From the IMG/VR virus record IMGVR_UViG_3300023184_000116, positions 1-63,679 of that record: a stretch of 63,679 nt of DNA; one strand, given 5' to 3'. The translations under genes were made by a program, and so were the position numbers. The notes under the pieces were generated by a model, which was not told the origin of the DNA, ran no database searches, and saw nothing but the letters and a program-made list of their open reading frames with translations. Shown here piece by piece: positions 18,323 to 27,972 of the stretch (position 1 is its first letter; every line of letters begins with the position of its first letter). The stretch comes from a virus (Duplodnaviria; Caudoviricetes).

Positions 18323-18480
18323 GACCTATCCGCCAAGAAAGCAAAAATCATTGCAAAGACTCCGCCCAAAATAAGAGACACCGACAAACCGAATAATCTG
18401 CCAACACCAACGATGATTGAAAACGCCCCTGCAATTTCGACAATCGCAGTAACGATTGCACGATCAAAAAACTTACGCAT
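18319..18480 (-). CDS. small membrane protein between terminase and portal
   Basis: 53-aa hydrophobic ORF coupled on both sides. Confidence 0.55.
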   Translation of the reverse strand: MRKFFDRAIVTAIVEIAGAFSIIVGVGRLFGLSVSLILGGVFAMIFAFLADRS

Positions 18481-20047
18481 TTGTCTCCCCTAAATCCATG
18501 CTCCAAGGATCAGAAATCATTCTAGTAACTGCACCTTGCAGCGAATAAAACGCAGCACGTTCAACCGCCATAACCGCAGCAACAGCTAGATCGATTCGTC
18601 TACTTGAATACCTTGATTCCTTTGCCAATCTGTAACCACGTGCATCCTGTTTCAAAGTCGCGTTAGCAATGTGACGAGACAAACGAGAATCACCGTCATG
18701 CGTCATTGAATCATTCATTACCGATTCAAAAAACCTTTGAGTCGCTGGCGTCATACGCGAAGCAGACTGTGGGAACAAAACAATCGGCAAACCTTCATCC
18801 TCAAGAACTTGAAACGTTCTCGCCCAACGATACGGGTCACAAGCAATCTCACGAACGTTAAACATTTCACAAGCATTACGAATCGACTGCTCAACATCCA
18901 TAATCGGAACTTGCCAATCAGCGTCAGCGTTATGTGGTTTCTCCCAGCAATCCCAAACAAAAAGATGAGGATTCTCATCGGTTGTTGCAGCAACAATCGC
19001 GGTGCAGTCACCGTTAAAGGAGCCATCAAACGCAAGCACAATGTCCGAACCAGGTTCAATGATCTTTGCTTTATCAACGACAGAATCCCATGAACCAGCT
19101 GGAAGCCAAGTATCAGATGTTGCAACCCATTGATTACAGCGCTTAGTTCTAAACTCAACCTCGGGCGTTCGCTGGATAACCGCTTCAAAATCTTCCTTTG
19201 AAACAATGTCATCAAAACCAGGGTTCGCAGCTTTCCATGTTGCAACATCACGATGATCAGAATCCTCAGGTGCTTCCCACCACGACATGAAAAACGATGG
19301 ATCATTGATCTCACCGGATGCAACACGTTTGCCATACTCGTACAAACCAAAACACAAAGACTCTTGACCAGATGAATCCATGCGCACACCAGCTGTAGTG
19401 ATACCAATCATCATTGGTTCCTTACGAGCACCAGCCGCAAGCTGCATAACATCCCAAAGCTCACGAGAAGGCTGAGCATGAACCTCGTCAAACGCAACAA
19501 GGGTTGGCGACAAACCTTCTTTAGTAAACGCTTCAGCTGAAAGCGCACGATACGTTGTACCAGTTTTTGGGTTGTAAACCGTGTCGCGATACACTTGCAA
19601 AAAATCTGAAAGATCAGGTTGCAACCGGATCATCTCTTTAACCGTGTCAAAAACGATTTTAGCCTGCGCACGATCAGCTGCGCAAGAATAAATCTCACCA
19701 CCGGATGGACCAAAAACAATGTGCTCAAGAGCGATCGCTGAAAGCCAAGCAGACTTGCCGTTCTTACGAGGAAGACCAATCAACGCTGTGCGATGACGAA
19801 GAGTCCCATCAGCTTTAACCGCGAACAATCTTTTTGTAAGATCTTTCTGCCACGGTCTAAAAATCATTGGCTCGCCAGAACTACCCGCGATCGAATCCTT
19901 TGTGATTTTACAAAGCGCCTCGGCGAAAGCAACCACATCATCACCGCGACTGCGTTTAAGATCTACAGCCGGAACATTAGTCAACCATCGAGGATCGTTC
20001 TTACTTGCCTTTGGCTTGGCGCTGTTGGATAAGTTGGTCAAGAGCAC
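18473..20047 (-). CDS. terL: terminase large subunit (phage B)
   Basis: PWQ, PRKNGKS, FDEVH, ITTAG, KAANP, RIDLAVA. Confidence 0.95.
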   Translation of the reverse strand: MLLTNLSNSAKPKASKNDPRWLTNVPAVDLKRSRGDDVVAFAEALCKITKDSIAGSSGEPMIFRPWQKDLTKRLFAVKADGTLRHRTALIGLPRKNGKSAWLSAIALEHIVFGPSGGEIYSCAADRAQAKIVFDTVKEMIRLQPDLSDFLQVYRDTVYNPKTGTTYRALSAEAFTKEGLSPTLVAFDEVHAQPSRELWDVMQLAAGARKEPMMIGITTAGVRMDSSGQESLCFGLYEYGKRVASGEINDPSFFMSWWEAPEDSDHRDVATWKAANPGFDDIVSKEDFEAVIQRTPEVEFRTKRCNQWVATSDTWLPAGSWDSVVDKAKIIEPGSDIVLAFDGSFNGDCTAIVAATTDENPHLFVWDCWEKPHNADADWQVPIMDVEQSIRNACEMFNVREIACDPYRWARTFQVLEDEGLPIVLFPQSASRMTPATQRFFESVMNDSMTHDGDSRLSRHIANATLKQDARGYRLAKESRYSSRRIDLAVAAVMAVERAAFYSLQGAVTRMISDPWSMDLGETNA

Positions 20048-20468
20048 TCACTCGTTTCACTTCGGCTACCCCTAGGCGAGATCGCGAAACAGGATCCAAG
20101 CCGAGACTCGCGAGAGCATCGGCAAAGGACTTGGACAAAATAGAAAGCAAACGACCATCGGCATTATCGAGAGTCGCGTGAAACTTATTACGAGCCGCAG
20201 CAAGATCATCCGCTAACCGAGCTGCGTTTGTAATCGCTTCAAGATCTGAATCAGGTGAAAGCCATGTGATCGCAAGCGACCAACAACCCTGCCAAACCTT
20301 TTTACCTTCAACACCAAGATCAATTGGTGCATCCGGAATCTTTGTCGCCATCGGCAACGGTGTAACCTGAGCAAGCTCAGGAAGTTTTCTTCCACCAGAG
20401 TCCCGACCAGGTGACCGACCTGTCGCGCGTTTGAGTTCCGCTGGGCGAGGCTGACGAGCCATAATCAA
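20001..20468 (-). CDS. terS: terminase small subunit (P27-like)
   Basis: P.P.ELKR..G, LGLDPVSRSRL; directly upstream of terL. Confidence 0.85.
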   Translation of the reverse strand: MIMARQPRPAELKRATGRSPGRDSGGRKLPELAQVTPLPMATKIPDAPIDLGVEGKKVWQGCWSLAITWLSPDSDLEAITNAARLADDLAAARNKFHATLDNADGRLLSILSKSFADALASLGLDPVSRSRLGVAEVKRVSALDQLIQQRQAKGK

Positions 20469-20566
20469 AAACCCCTTAGTTTTTGGAAACTGAAAATTGT
20501 GAGCGTGTGTGTCCCGGCTTGGGACTCGGGTGTCGGTGATTGAAATAGAAAAAACGGAAATGTGTT
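20469..20566. other. probable cos / genome-end region of phage B
   Basis: Non-coding gap between HNH and terS, the usual cos location in HNH-terS-terL phages; exact site not identifiable. Confidence 0.45.
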
Positions 20567-20872
20567 TTATTTGTTATGTTTGCGCGAATTGCATACACGG
20601 CAACACGCTGCGAGGTTAGTTGGATCCAATCTACGATCTGGAGCAACAGACTTCGCTATGATGTGGTCAACAGTGGCATCGGATCCAATCAGCGCCTTGT
20701 TACATAGATAACAAATCCAATTATCGCGATCTAAGATCTTAAGTCTTAACCGTCGCCAAGCAGAATCATAGCCACGCTCTGATCGTGAACCACGAAGATC
20801 TTTAGGTTGACAGTTAGCGCAGCGAGAACCTGATGATGGCACGCCACACGACAAACAAGGATACAAACTCAT
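20567..20872 (-). CDS. HNH endonuclease (terminase-associated, HK97 gp74-like)
   Basis: RGY...W, ILDRD..C..C, VDHI, NL...C..CN..K. Confidence 0.9.
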   Translation of the reverse strand: MSLYPCLSCGVPSSGSRCANCQPKDLRGSRSERGYDSAWRRLRLKILDRDNWICYLCNKALIGSDATVDHIIAKSVAPDRRLDPTNLAACCRVCNSRKHNK

Positions 20873-20877
20873 GATGA

Positions 20878-21063
20878 CTACTCATCTACTTCATCATCAT
20901 TCGTATCGGATACAAACGCAATTGATTCATGTGTGTTGTCATACAAATCCATAGCTGCATCAACTACACGCTTTAACACTGATTCAATACCTTCAAGAGT
21001 TGGATGTGGTTGCTCATCATCAACCTCAATCATTAGATCTTCAATGCTAACTATGATGCGCAT
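20878..21063 (-). CDS. hypothetical acidic protein
   Basis: 61-aa ORF in operon. Confidence 0.5.
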   Translation of the reverse strand: MRIIVSIEDLMIEVDDEQPHPTLEGIESVLKRVVDAAMDLYDNTHESIAFVSDTNDDEVDE

Positions 21064-21251
21064 GACTTGTTTAACCGTTCATCGAGAAGATCATCAGCAA
21101 TCGATAAGAACAGATCACGATTCACACATGACTTTAATGCAACACAAACATGTGTAAGAGCCTCATCAATGTCTTCAATTGAATCGGACTCAACAACTTG
21201 AATGCTAGCCATGATGCTCCACTAATTTGGGCAGGCTAAAACGATAGTTCG

Positions 21252-21275
21252 ATTCTATCACACGCGACTGTCATT
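21252..21275 (-). promoter_or_regulatory. possible late promoter (extended -10)
   Basis: TG-A-TAGAAT in the gap preceding the HNH/terminase operon. Confidence 0.35.
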
Positions 21276-21282
21276 TTTTTGC

Positions 21283-22044
21283 CTACTTATCTCGTACTCT
21301 CATGAATGATTGTAACTCGATCAATGCACCTTTTTTCGGTACATCATTCTTTGCAACAATACGCAACACTTGACGCTCACCAAGACCAACCCAATGACTA
21401 ATCGCTTCAGCGTCAAGCCAGATCTCTAACCGCGGGTCAGACATTGCAACAGCTATCAATCGCGCAGCTGTCCAAGTTGTTCCACAACGATTACACAAAA
21501 CAGTTTCAAGAACATCATTGCCTTTAACAGCGATAAAACCATTGCAAAGTTTATCATCAACATCAGTTGGGCACGGTATTCGTTTCACTGGATCAAGAAA
21601 GCGCCTAGCTGCGGTCATACCAAATGAATGCAGCTCATTGATTTCTAGCATGTAATCATTAACCCATTCTTGTTGTATTGACCAATCTAAGTGTGTCACG
21701 TGAAAGTAAACCGTTGCCTTGATCTCGTCTTCAATGCTAGCGTATTTTGGCAAGAATGCTGGTAGTGTTAGTTTGCGTTCATGGCGAATGAGTTTTTCCC
21801 ATTCGTGGAGAATGTTGAAGATCCTGTTACCTGCCACAAAGTCTAGAGCGTGTAAATTAACACCGCTTGTTGGTTCTCCACTGTTTGATCCGCTGGATCC
21901 TTTTTGTGGTTGCAAACAGTAGTGTGCTTCTTTGTGTAATTGAATCAAGTCTTGTAGATTTTGTTTTAATCTATTTTCGCATCGTGGACAAATGATGGTT
22001 GTTGTTTCTTTTTTCACGGGTTTGTGACATGTTGCGCATCTCAT
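21283..22044 (-). CDS. Zn-binding protein with C-terminal HTH (possible late regulator)
   Basis: Multiple CxxC pairs; WLDAEAISHWVG...VLRIV HTH-like end. Confidence 0.55.
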   Translation of the reverse strand: MRCATCHKPVKKETTTIICPRCENRLKQNLQDLIQLHKEAHYCLQPQKGSSGSNSGEPTSGVNLHALDFVAGNRIFNILHEWEKLIRHERKLTLPAFLPKYASIEDEIKATVYFHVTHLDWSIQQEWVNDYMLEINELHSFGMTAARRFLDPVKRIPCPTDVDDKLCNGFIAVKGNDVLETVLCNRCGTTWTAARLIAVAMSDPRLEIWLDAEAISHWVGLGERQVLRIVAKNDVPKKGALIELQSFMRVRDK

Positions 22045-22385
22045 TAGAATTGTGGCTCCTCTGGTATTTGGTAAGTGATTTTTGTTCCATAGTCAGGATG
22101 GGTCATTGCATGGTCTTGACCGCACTCGTGGGTGGTGACAATGATGTCGCCTGGTTTTCTTCCTCCTCGAATGTTGTATAAGTCTCGATACTGGGCTTCT
22201 AGTTTACCGTTTACTTTTTTGATTTTGAACGTTTGCTGTTGTGCTAGTTTCGCTCGTAGTTCACCGGCTAGATCTAGGTTCACGGTGGACAGTTTTCGTT
22301 CCACGCCGCTTACCTGGATTTTCCAGATCGCACTCTTGCATTTGTTGCATGTTGGTGGTTGTTCTTTTCGTTTATTGCTTGTCAT
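22044..22385 (-). CDS. hypothetical protein
   Basis: C..C...IW...H.C pattern. Confidence 0.55.
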   Translation of the reverse strand: MTSNKRKEQPPTCNKCKSAIWKIQVSGVERKLSTVNLDLAGELRAKLAQQQTFKIKKVNGKLEAQYRDLYNIRGGRKPGDIIVTTHECGQDHAMTHPDYGTKITYQIPEEPQF

Positions 22386-22390
22386 TCATT

Positions 22391-22462
22391 GCCCCCTATA
22401 TAGGGGGGCCAATTAATGACCAAAAGTTTTGGTCGGCTATTGGTCGGCAATGGTCGGCAATC
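22391..22462. repeat. putative replication origin: palindrome plus iterons
   Basis: GCCCCCTATATAGGGGGC and three TGGTCGGC repeats just downstream of the primase-helicase gene. Confidence 0.5.
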
Positions 22463-22469
22463 GTTTTGG

Positions 22470-24608
22470 TTAAGCAAATAGCGCATTGGCTTGCCATTTC
22501 TGTACCGAGGTTGTGAACCATTTTTTGCTCGTTCCATCGCTTTCGACACGGATCAGGCCTTGCCCAATGGCGTCTTCTTTTGCTTTTCTAAGATCACTTG
22601 AGTGTCCTTTAACATTTGTGTCAATGTCTTTAGTCATGCATCCTTGATTCGCTTTGACATAGTCAATGAGAGCCTCCATGACGCGTTCTTTGGTTCGGTC
22701 GTGTTTGCCAATGGATCTTTCGATTCGTAGTGACCTGTCCGCTTCTGACCATGTTAAGAGCTGCTCGGCGACTTCCACGTCTCGACCTGTGGCGCTAAAG
22801 AATCGTTCACCTGACTCGTTTTTGTTTAGTAACCAGCGAACATCCGCCCAGTCGTCTAACCTGGTTGCTCCACGAGCTCGGTCGATGCCTTGTTCCTGGG
22901 CTCTTCCTGTGTGAGCTGGCATGATCAAGTTTTGGACACCGGCTCGGTCTTTGATAATGTCGAGCGTGTCAAGGAATACGCCAACATCCGAGTTGCTGTT
23001 TTCTTCACCTGAACCAGTGAACGCTCTCGCGTACGGGTCAATGACCCATGTTTGTGCGTTTAGGTTGCCAAGAATTTCAACGACCTTGTCTTCAATGTGT
23101 TTTGTCGTGAGTGGCATTCGTAGTCCACGCAAGTGCACTAGATACACTTTTGATTGGTTTCTGATTCCGACTTCTCGCATCCATTGTCTGTATTGCCGTT
23201 TGTCAACCTCGTAGTTAAAGATAACAATGTTGCCATCGTGTGGTTGTACGCCGTAGCGACCTAGAAATGGTTCATCATCGATTAGTGATTTCACGAACTG
23301 GTTCATCATCGTTGTTTTACCTGATTTGAACGCAGCGGTTAGGACAACGTTTGCACCTGTCGGGAATAGTTCATTGATCAAGTAAGATTCTTGTTCATCT
23401 GGTTGCTGTAGTTCGATCGATAGGTTACCTAGGATCTCTGGTGCGCGAAACGTTTTAAGGATTTGTTCATCATCGAGTAATTTTTTTGCTTCTCGGCGCA
23501 CTGCTTGTGTTTCGATCTCGGTTGCTAGTAACAAGTCGCGTCGACTTATTTGTGCCATTGGCTCGTCAATGATTTCACCGGTTTCTTCATCGTACAAAGG
23601 TAGATCAATCACTGGCGTGAACTGGTTTAATGGTGCTTGCTGTGGCTTGGCGCAATCACTGCCGCGACATGTTTCGTTTCGATAGTCACTTATTTTCGCT
23701 AGCGCACCTGTGACCATGTTTCGCCACTCGTTTGCTGCAACATAATGTGAGCCACGTTCTGAGCTTAACATGGTGGTGAATACTTGTTCACCAACATCGA
23801 GCGCGTTTGATACACCGTGGTGTCCTCTGGCGCCAAGTGAAACAAGTCGCATAACGATCGGTAGTGTTGCATCGTGTCGTGATCCTTCACTACCTGATAA
23901 CACGCGATGCAAATTGTGCACCTCGTTTGTTACTCGTTCACATGGTTGACCATTGGTTTTTATTGCTTCAAGCATCGTGTTTGTTTGCATCGGTGTTAAC
24001 TGTTTCTTAATGCTACTAGTTTCGAATTTACCTTGTGTGAGTGCAATGATCCATGTTTGTGGCAGCTCAGGTAGTTCACTTGTGTTCGGCCCTGCGCCAA
24101 TGACATCGGTTCCTGCAGGGTTGATCCATCTATAAGTTCCACCCTCTGGATGTATACTTGGCCAAACAACGGCGTAGCGATGCTCGTTTCGAATGATTTC
24201 AATTCCAGGGCCAGCGATACTCGGCCACGCTAGATTCTCTGGGATCTTAAATAACCTAATCCCGCTCGTGCCATCGTTTCGTGACGTGACACGCCAAGTT
24301 TCTGGTAAGATCCCAAAGTCTTGCTCGAGTTGCATTAGCGTCTGTCCACCTGTTTTGTCCTTGTACGCGTCAACGTCTAAACCGATCACGTTTTTCGGTA
24401 AGCGTAAACAAATGTTTCCTTTAGCGTTTAGGATCCATTCATAGATTTGTTCAGCGCTCGGATCTGGTGCATCTTTGCCCGTGTAACCTGATGGTGGTGG
24501 CCATTTCTCGTTTATTGGTAATGGTAAAACACCGAGCCAACCGTTGTTAAAATACGACGCAGCAGCTAGGTTGTACGGTGATTTGTTTTCACTGTTTTGC
24601 ATTACCAT
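22470..24608 (-). CDS. bifunctional primase-polymerase fused to an AAA/RecA-like helicase
   Basis: VLPL...K.PP, IGLDVD, VWPSIHPEG..YRW; AAFKSGKT, VIDP, H..R, RGA. Confidence 0.9.
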   Translation of the reverse strand: MVMQNSENKSPYNLAAASYFNNGWLGVLPLPINEKWPPPSGYTGKDAPDPSAEQIYEWILNAKGNICLRLPKNVIGLDVDAYKDKTGGQTLMQLEQDFGILPETWRVTSRNDGTSGIRLFKIPENLAWPSIAGPGIEIIRNEHRYAVVWPSIHPEGGTYRWINPAGTDVIGAGPNTSELPELPQTWIIALTQGKFETSSIKKQLTPMQTNTMLEAIKTNGQPCERVTNEVHNLHRVLSGSEGSRHDATLPIVMRLVSLGARGHHGVSNALDVGEQVFTTMLSSERGSHYVAANEWRNMVTGALAKISDYRNETCRGSDCAKPQQAPLNQFTPVIDLPLYDEETGEIIDEPMAQISRRDLLLATEIETQAVRREAKKLLDDEQILKTFRAPEILGNLSIELQQPDEQESYLINELFPTGANVVLTAAFKSGKTTMMNQFVKSLIDDEPFLGRYGVQPHDGNIVIFNYEVDKRQYRQWMREVGIRNQSKVYLVHLRGLRMPLTTKHIEDKVVEILGNLNAQTWVIDPYARAFTGSGEENSNSDVGVFLDTLDIIKDRAGVQNLIMPAHTGRAQEQGIDRARGATRLDDWADVRWLLNKNESGERFFSATGRDVEVAEQLLTWSEADRSLRIERSIGKHDRTKERVMEALIDYVKANQGCMTKDIDTNVKGHSSDLRKAKEDAIGQGLIRVESDGTSKKWFTTSVQKWQANALFA

Positions 24609-25423
24609 TGCCCGCTATCAATTGTCGCTGTTAACCATTCTTCAAAATCTGTTGACTCAACACGTAAGTCACCTTTAAGGATCTTTCGAGCATCACGGCT
24701 AATGTTCTCTATTGTGCTACTAGTCCATAAAGGTTTATACGGTTTTGATACTGGTTCAATTGACCACGTGAGATCTTTCACGTTATCAAAATGTTGTTCA
24801 TACAAATGTAGACTACCAACCGAGTGTGAGTACCAACCCATTTCAAGATCTAGTGCTCTCGCAACTGCGCCTTGTAGTGCACAGAACTGGATTAGATCGT
24901 AAGGTAATCCGAGCCAAACATCATTGGATCGCATTGTTGTTCTCGCGCATAGTTTGTTGTCACGGATCAGGAATTGTATTGAGAGTGTGCATGGTACATC
25001 ACGTGTGTCCACGTTTAGATCCTGTGTCGAGTTGTACATTGTTAATACTGCTTGACGTGTAAACATGTCACGTTTTAATACTTCAATAAGTGGTTTAAGT
25101 TTACCGTAGATTCTTATTCCGTACGCACCGTGAAAGATTCCACCATCGGTATAGTTTTGAAATGTTGAAACATTTGCAATGAGTTGTTCTGGTTCTGTTG
25201 TTTGACCAACGAGTTGTAGTGCCTCGCTCGCGCCAATGTAATCTCGTAGGTTGCGACCAGCGATACCGTTGAGTGGTATTTGCCAAGGCTCAGAGATGAC
25301 AAATGTCATGTTGCACATTTCACGTGTTTTTTGTCCTCTAGGTGATGACTCGTCACCGAATCCGTGCACAATGTTCGCAGCTGATAAAACTACTTGCGCC
25401 GGTGTTGTTAATTCTATAAACAT
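24602..25423 (-). CDS. thymidylate-synthase-family enzyme, probable dCMP hydroxymethylase/methylase
   Basis: GAYG.R, TRQAV, DVPCT, MRSNDVWLGLPYD, SLHLY; Asp at the ThyA Asn177 position. Confidence 0.8.
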   Translation of the reverse strand: MFIELTTPAQVVLSAANIVHGFGDESSPRGQKTREMCNMTFVISEPWQIPLNGIAGRNLRDYIGASEALQLVGQTTEPEQLIANVSTFQNYTDGGIFHGAYGIRIYGKLKPLIEVLKRDMFTRQAVLTMYNSTQDLNVDTRDVPCTLSIQFLIRDNKLCARTTMRSNDVWLGLPYDLIQFCALQGAVARALDLEMGWYSHSVGSLHLYEQHFDNVKDLTWSIEPVSKPYKPLWTSSTIENISRDARKILKGDLRVESTDFEEWLTATIDSGQW

Positions 25424-25887
25424 TAGTTTTCCTTTTCATAAAGTTCGTTGCTATCAATTATTTGCACGTCAATGGTGTGGATCTTTGGTGCAAGATCTAG
25501 AAAGTCTCGTTGTGCCAAAATGCTTGTCTCGATTTGTTGCTGTGTTTCACCTCGCTCGGTTAATGTTTTAAGGATCTCTTTTTCATCGCGTTTGATAATG
25601 ATGATCCGTGTTTTTAACGCGCTAAGGAACATGTTGCATGAGTTGAATGTGTAAATGTTTGGGAACAAACTTTCACGTTTAAAGTATTTTGGCCAAATCA
25701 TTTCACCAACATGCCATCGATCAAGTACATAATTGTAGCGAGGATCAAGTGAATACACGTATTCGTTTGCCCAGTTTTTTGTTTTTGGTTGGCTAGCGTG
25801 TAAATAGTTTGCGTTTGTTTCTTGTGCTAATCGTTTCGCGTACGATGTTTTACCAACACCATCTGTTCCTTCAATAATCGTTATCAT
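25423..25887 (-). CDS. dNMP kinase (thymidylate-kinase-like P-loop)
   Basis: IIEGTDGVGKTS and LDRW..GE. Confidence 0.8.
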   Translation of the reverse strand: MITIIEGTDGVGKTSYAKRLAQETNANYLHASQPKTKNWANEYVYSLDPRYNYVLDRWHVGEMIWPKYFKRESLFPNIYTFNSCNMFLSALKTRIIIIKRDEKEILKTLTERGETQQQIETSILAQRDFLDLAPKIHTIDVQIIDSNELYEKEN

Positions 25888-26771
25888 CGTATTTCACCCC
25901 AGTTTCTAAACGAGTCAATGTCGCCACTCGTTAAATTGTTCGGTGTCACATCACCAGCCACGTTCCATACTACCGTGCTAGCTGCTTTTGGTGCACTAGT
26001 TTTATCAAGCATGAAGTTTTCGAGTCCTTTGCAATCGTATGTTGGCGCAGTGGATACTTGTTCATTGATTTGTTTCGCCAAATCAGCTGACTGTTGAAAG
26101 ATCTTATGGTACGAGTTTGTTTCTGCTCGACCGATTTCACCAGGATGAAGGTTACGGGCAACCGCCACGCCATGAAAACGAGCATTTGGCCACGCGATCT
26201 GTAGTGTTCGTGTTAATACACCAGTGCTGATCACGCTAACCACGTCACGCGGCTCTGGTCGATTACCCCATTGCTGCAGCGTGGACTTGATACCAGCCGC
26301 GACCACGAGTGGGTGATCTAAACCAAATGGAACAAACTCTGCATTGTTTTCCGCTGCCCATTCCTTGGCGTACTTGTTGAGAACTGGCATTGCAGCGATT
26401 CGTCTAAAGATCGGTTTTGCTCCACGTTCGATACAAACAAGTTGGTGTGCACTTGCTTCTTTAGCTGATGGCATGAATAGTGTGAGTTTCTTGTCGTATT
26501 TTTTCGCTAACGCTGCTAGAGATACACCTGCCCAACCAACACGTGGCTGGACGTAAACCAAGTGATCTGTTTGCATGCTACGCACTAAGAGATCTCCCCA
26601 GCGTCCTTTCGTGCCGACACCGGTTATTGAATCATCCCACAAGGTCGCACCATGAAATGATTGCAGTGAAGGTGGTGGTGTTTCATCAACCCACCCGTCT
26701 GCTAAATCTAGCCATTCATCACGTGTCTTGTACGCGTATTTATTTGTCACATCAGTCGTGATCTTAAACAT
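25884..26771 (-). CDS. PLP-dependent enzyme, fold type II (TrpB/cysteine synthase-like)
   Basis: GTKGR Lys motif, LVY..P..G.A..SLA, STGVL phosphate loop; start MFKIT. Confidence 0.75.
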   Translation of the reverse strand: MFKITTDVTNKYAYKTRDEWLDLADGWVDETPPPSLQSFHGATLWDDSITGVGTKGRWGDLLVRSMQTDHLVYVQPRVGWAGVSLAALAKKYDKKLTLFMPSAKEASAHQLVCIERGAKPIFRRIAAMPVLNKYAKEWAAENNAEFVPFGLDHPLVVAAGIKSTLQQWGNRPEPRDVVSVISTGVLTRTLQIAWPNARFHGVAVARNLHPGEIGRAETNSYHKIFQQSADLAKQINEQVSTAPTYDCKGLENFMLDKTSAPKAASTVVWNVAGDVTPNNLTSGDIDSFRNWGEIR

Positions 26772-26976
26772 TATGCTCCTCCTTGTAAGCAATAACTTTA
26801 ATCAAAAATTCTTTAGTCGCTTTTAAAGTAGCAGCGTGTCCAACGTAATAACTTTCACCGTATTTTTTGCCATTCATCCATTCGTAAACAAGCCAAACTC
26901 TTTCTTGTTCATCAGGTTTGTAAATAAAAAAGTTTTTGTATTCGTAATAACCATCGCGGACTTTAGTTAACTTCAT
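26764..26976 (-). CDS. hypothetical early protein
   Basis: 70-aa coupled ORF, AT-rich. Confidence 0.6.
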   Translation of the reverse strand: MKLTKVRDGYYEYKNFFIYKPDEQERVWLVYEWMNGKKYGESYYVGHAATLKATKEFLIKVIAYKEEHNV

Positions 26977-27350
26977 TATGCACCTGCCTTTGCTTTACCA
27001 GTGCCTTCACATTGGTAACAAACATAACCGGTGTCTTTCCACATGTCAGATCGACCAGCACCACCGCAGCGAACACACAAACCTTGAGCTTTTAGATTTA
27101 ATTTAATTTCTTGCATTTTGTCATGTTGCATGCGATTGCGATTTAACCAATCTTGCTTAACTGCCGCACGCGCTGGTTCACCTTTTAATTCAAGTGCATA
27201 AGCCGCATCGCACATTGGCCAATTGCGATCTGTTAAACCTTCACGTTCTGTTAATTCTTGGCAGTAAACATTTCCGTATTCATAGATGCCTTCACCAGCT
27301 TCAACAATGTTTAAGCATGAACCGCATCGACCAGCGTATTTGTTTATCAT
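26976..27350 (-). CDS. hypothetical protein with Cys motifs (DnaJ-type CxxCxGxG)
   Basis: NKYAGRC..C; CVRCGGAG; CYQCEGTG. Confidence 0.65.
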   Translation of the reverse strand: MINKYAGRCGSCLNIVEAGEGIYEYGNVYCQELTEREGLTDRNWPMCDAAYALELKGEPARAAVKQDWLNRNRMQHDKMQEIKLNLKAQGLCVRCGGAGRSDMWKDTGYVCYQCEGTGKAKAGA

Positions 27351-27352
27351 GA

Positions 27353-27838
27353 TTAGTTACCTGCCTTTTCTGTTAGTCGTACGTTAGTGATTGCTGTGAA
27401 GTGTGCATTGCCTTCAGCATCTTTAATGCCAACTTTGATTGTGCCAAAACCATCAACGCCAAACCAAATAACCTCGCCGACAGTACCAACAGGAACTTTA
27501 CGACCCTTAAAAACTTCAACAGGAATTGATGGAACATTCTCACCAAGTTTTGTACGCAATGATTTCAACTGGCCATTGAAATCAGCAACAGCACTTAACT
27601 CTTTCCAATCTTTTGCAGTTGGCTTTGAAAAAACTTTTTCAACTTTCTCAATGTACTGTTCAACCATGAACTCAACAGACATTTCTTTGTAATCACAGTA
27701 ATGAGGTTCGATCCAACTAGCGCGACCATTGTCATAAAGTGCTTCAACTTTGCGACACAATACCCATTTGCCGTTACGATTCTCATGCCAAAATACATCG
27801 GTTGAACCGCACTTTGTGCACATTGCTTGCTTTGCCAT
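27353..27838 (-). CDS. hypothetical early protein
   Basis: Start MAKQA after the AAGGAC RBS of the repeat; KGRKVPVGTVG.V.W SH3-like end. Confidence 0.65.
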   Translation of the reverse strand: MAKQAMCTKCGSTDVFWHENRNGKWVLCRKVEALYDNGRASWIEPHYCDYKEMSVEFMVEQYIEKVEKVFSKPTAKDWKELSAVADFNGQLKSLRTKLGENVPSIPVEVFKGRKVPVGTVGEVIWFGVDGFGTIKVGIKDAEGNAHFTAITNVRLTEKAGN

Positions 27839-27842
27839 TTTC

Positions 27843-27972
27843 TTGTCCTTTGTTTGTCCTATCAGCTGTCCGGCTGATAAGACCATTCTATACACAAACC
27901 AAAAGCAAAAACTACCATTTCAGCAACTTTTTTTTAACTATTTTTTTCCTTTATTTCCAATGCTTTTTCTAG
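27843..27972 (-). promoter_or_regulatory. repeated promoter/stem-loop/RBS module, copy 1
   Basis: A-tracts, AAATGGTAGTTTTT, TGTGTATAGAAT, ATCAGC-6-GCTGAT hairpin, AAAGGACA RBS. Confidence 0.8.

Noticed and set aside
27839-27895. Shared N-terminus MYR...SAGQLIGQ of ORFs 27353..27895 and 30647..31105 as a signal peptide
   Set aside because: It is a translation of the promoter repeat; the real starts follow the AAGGAC RBS at 27838 and 31051
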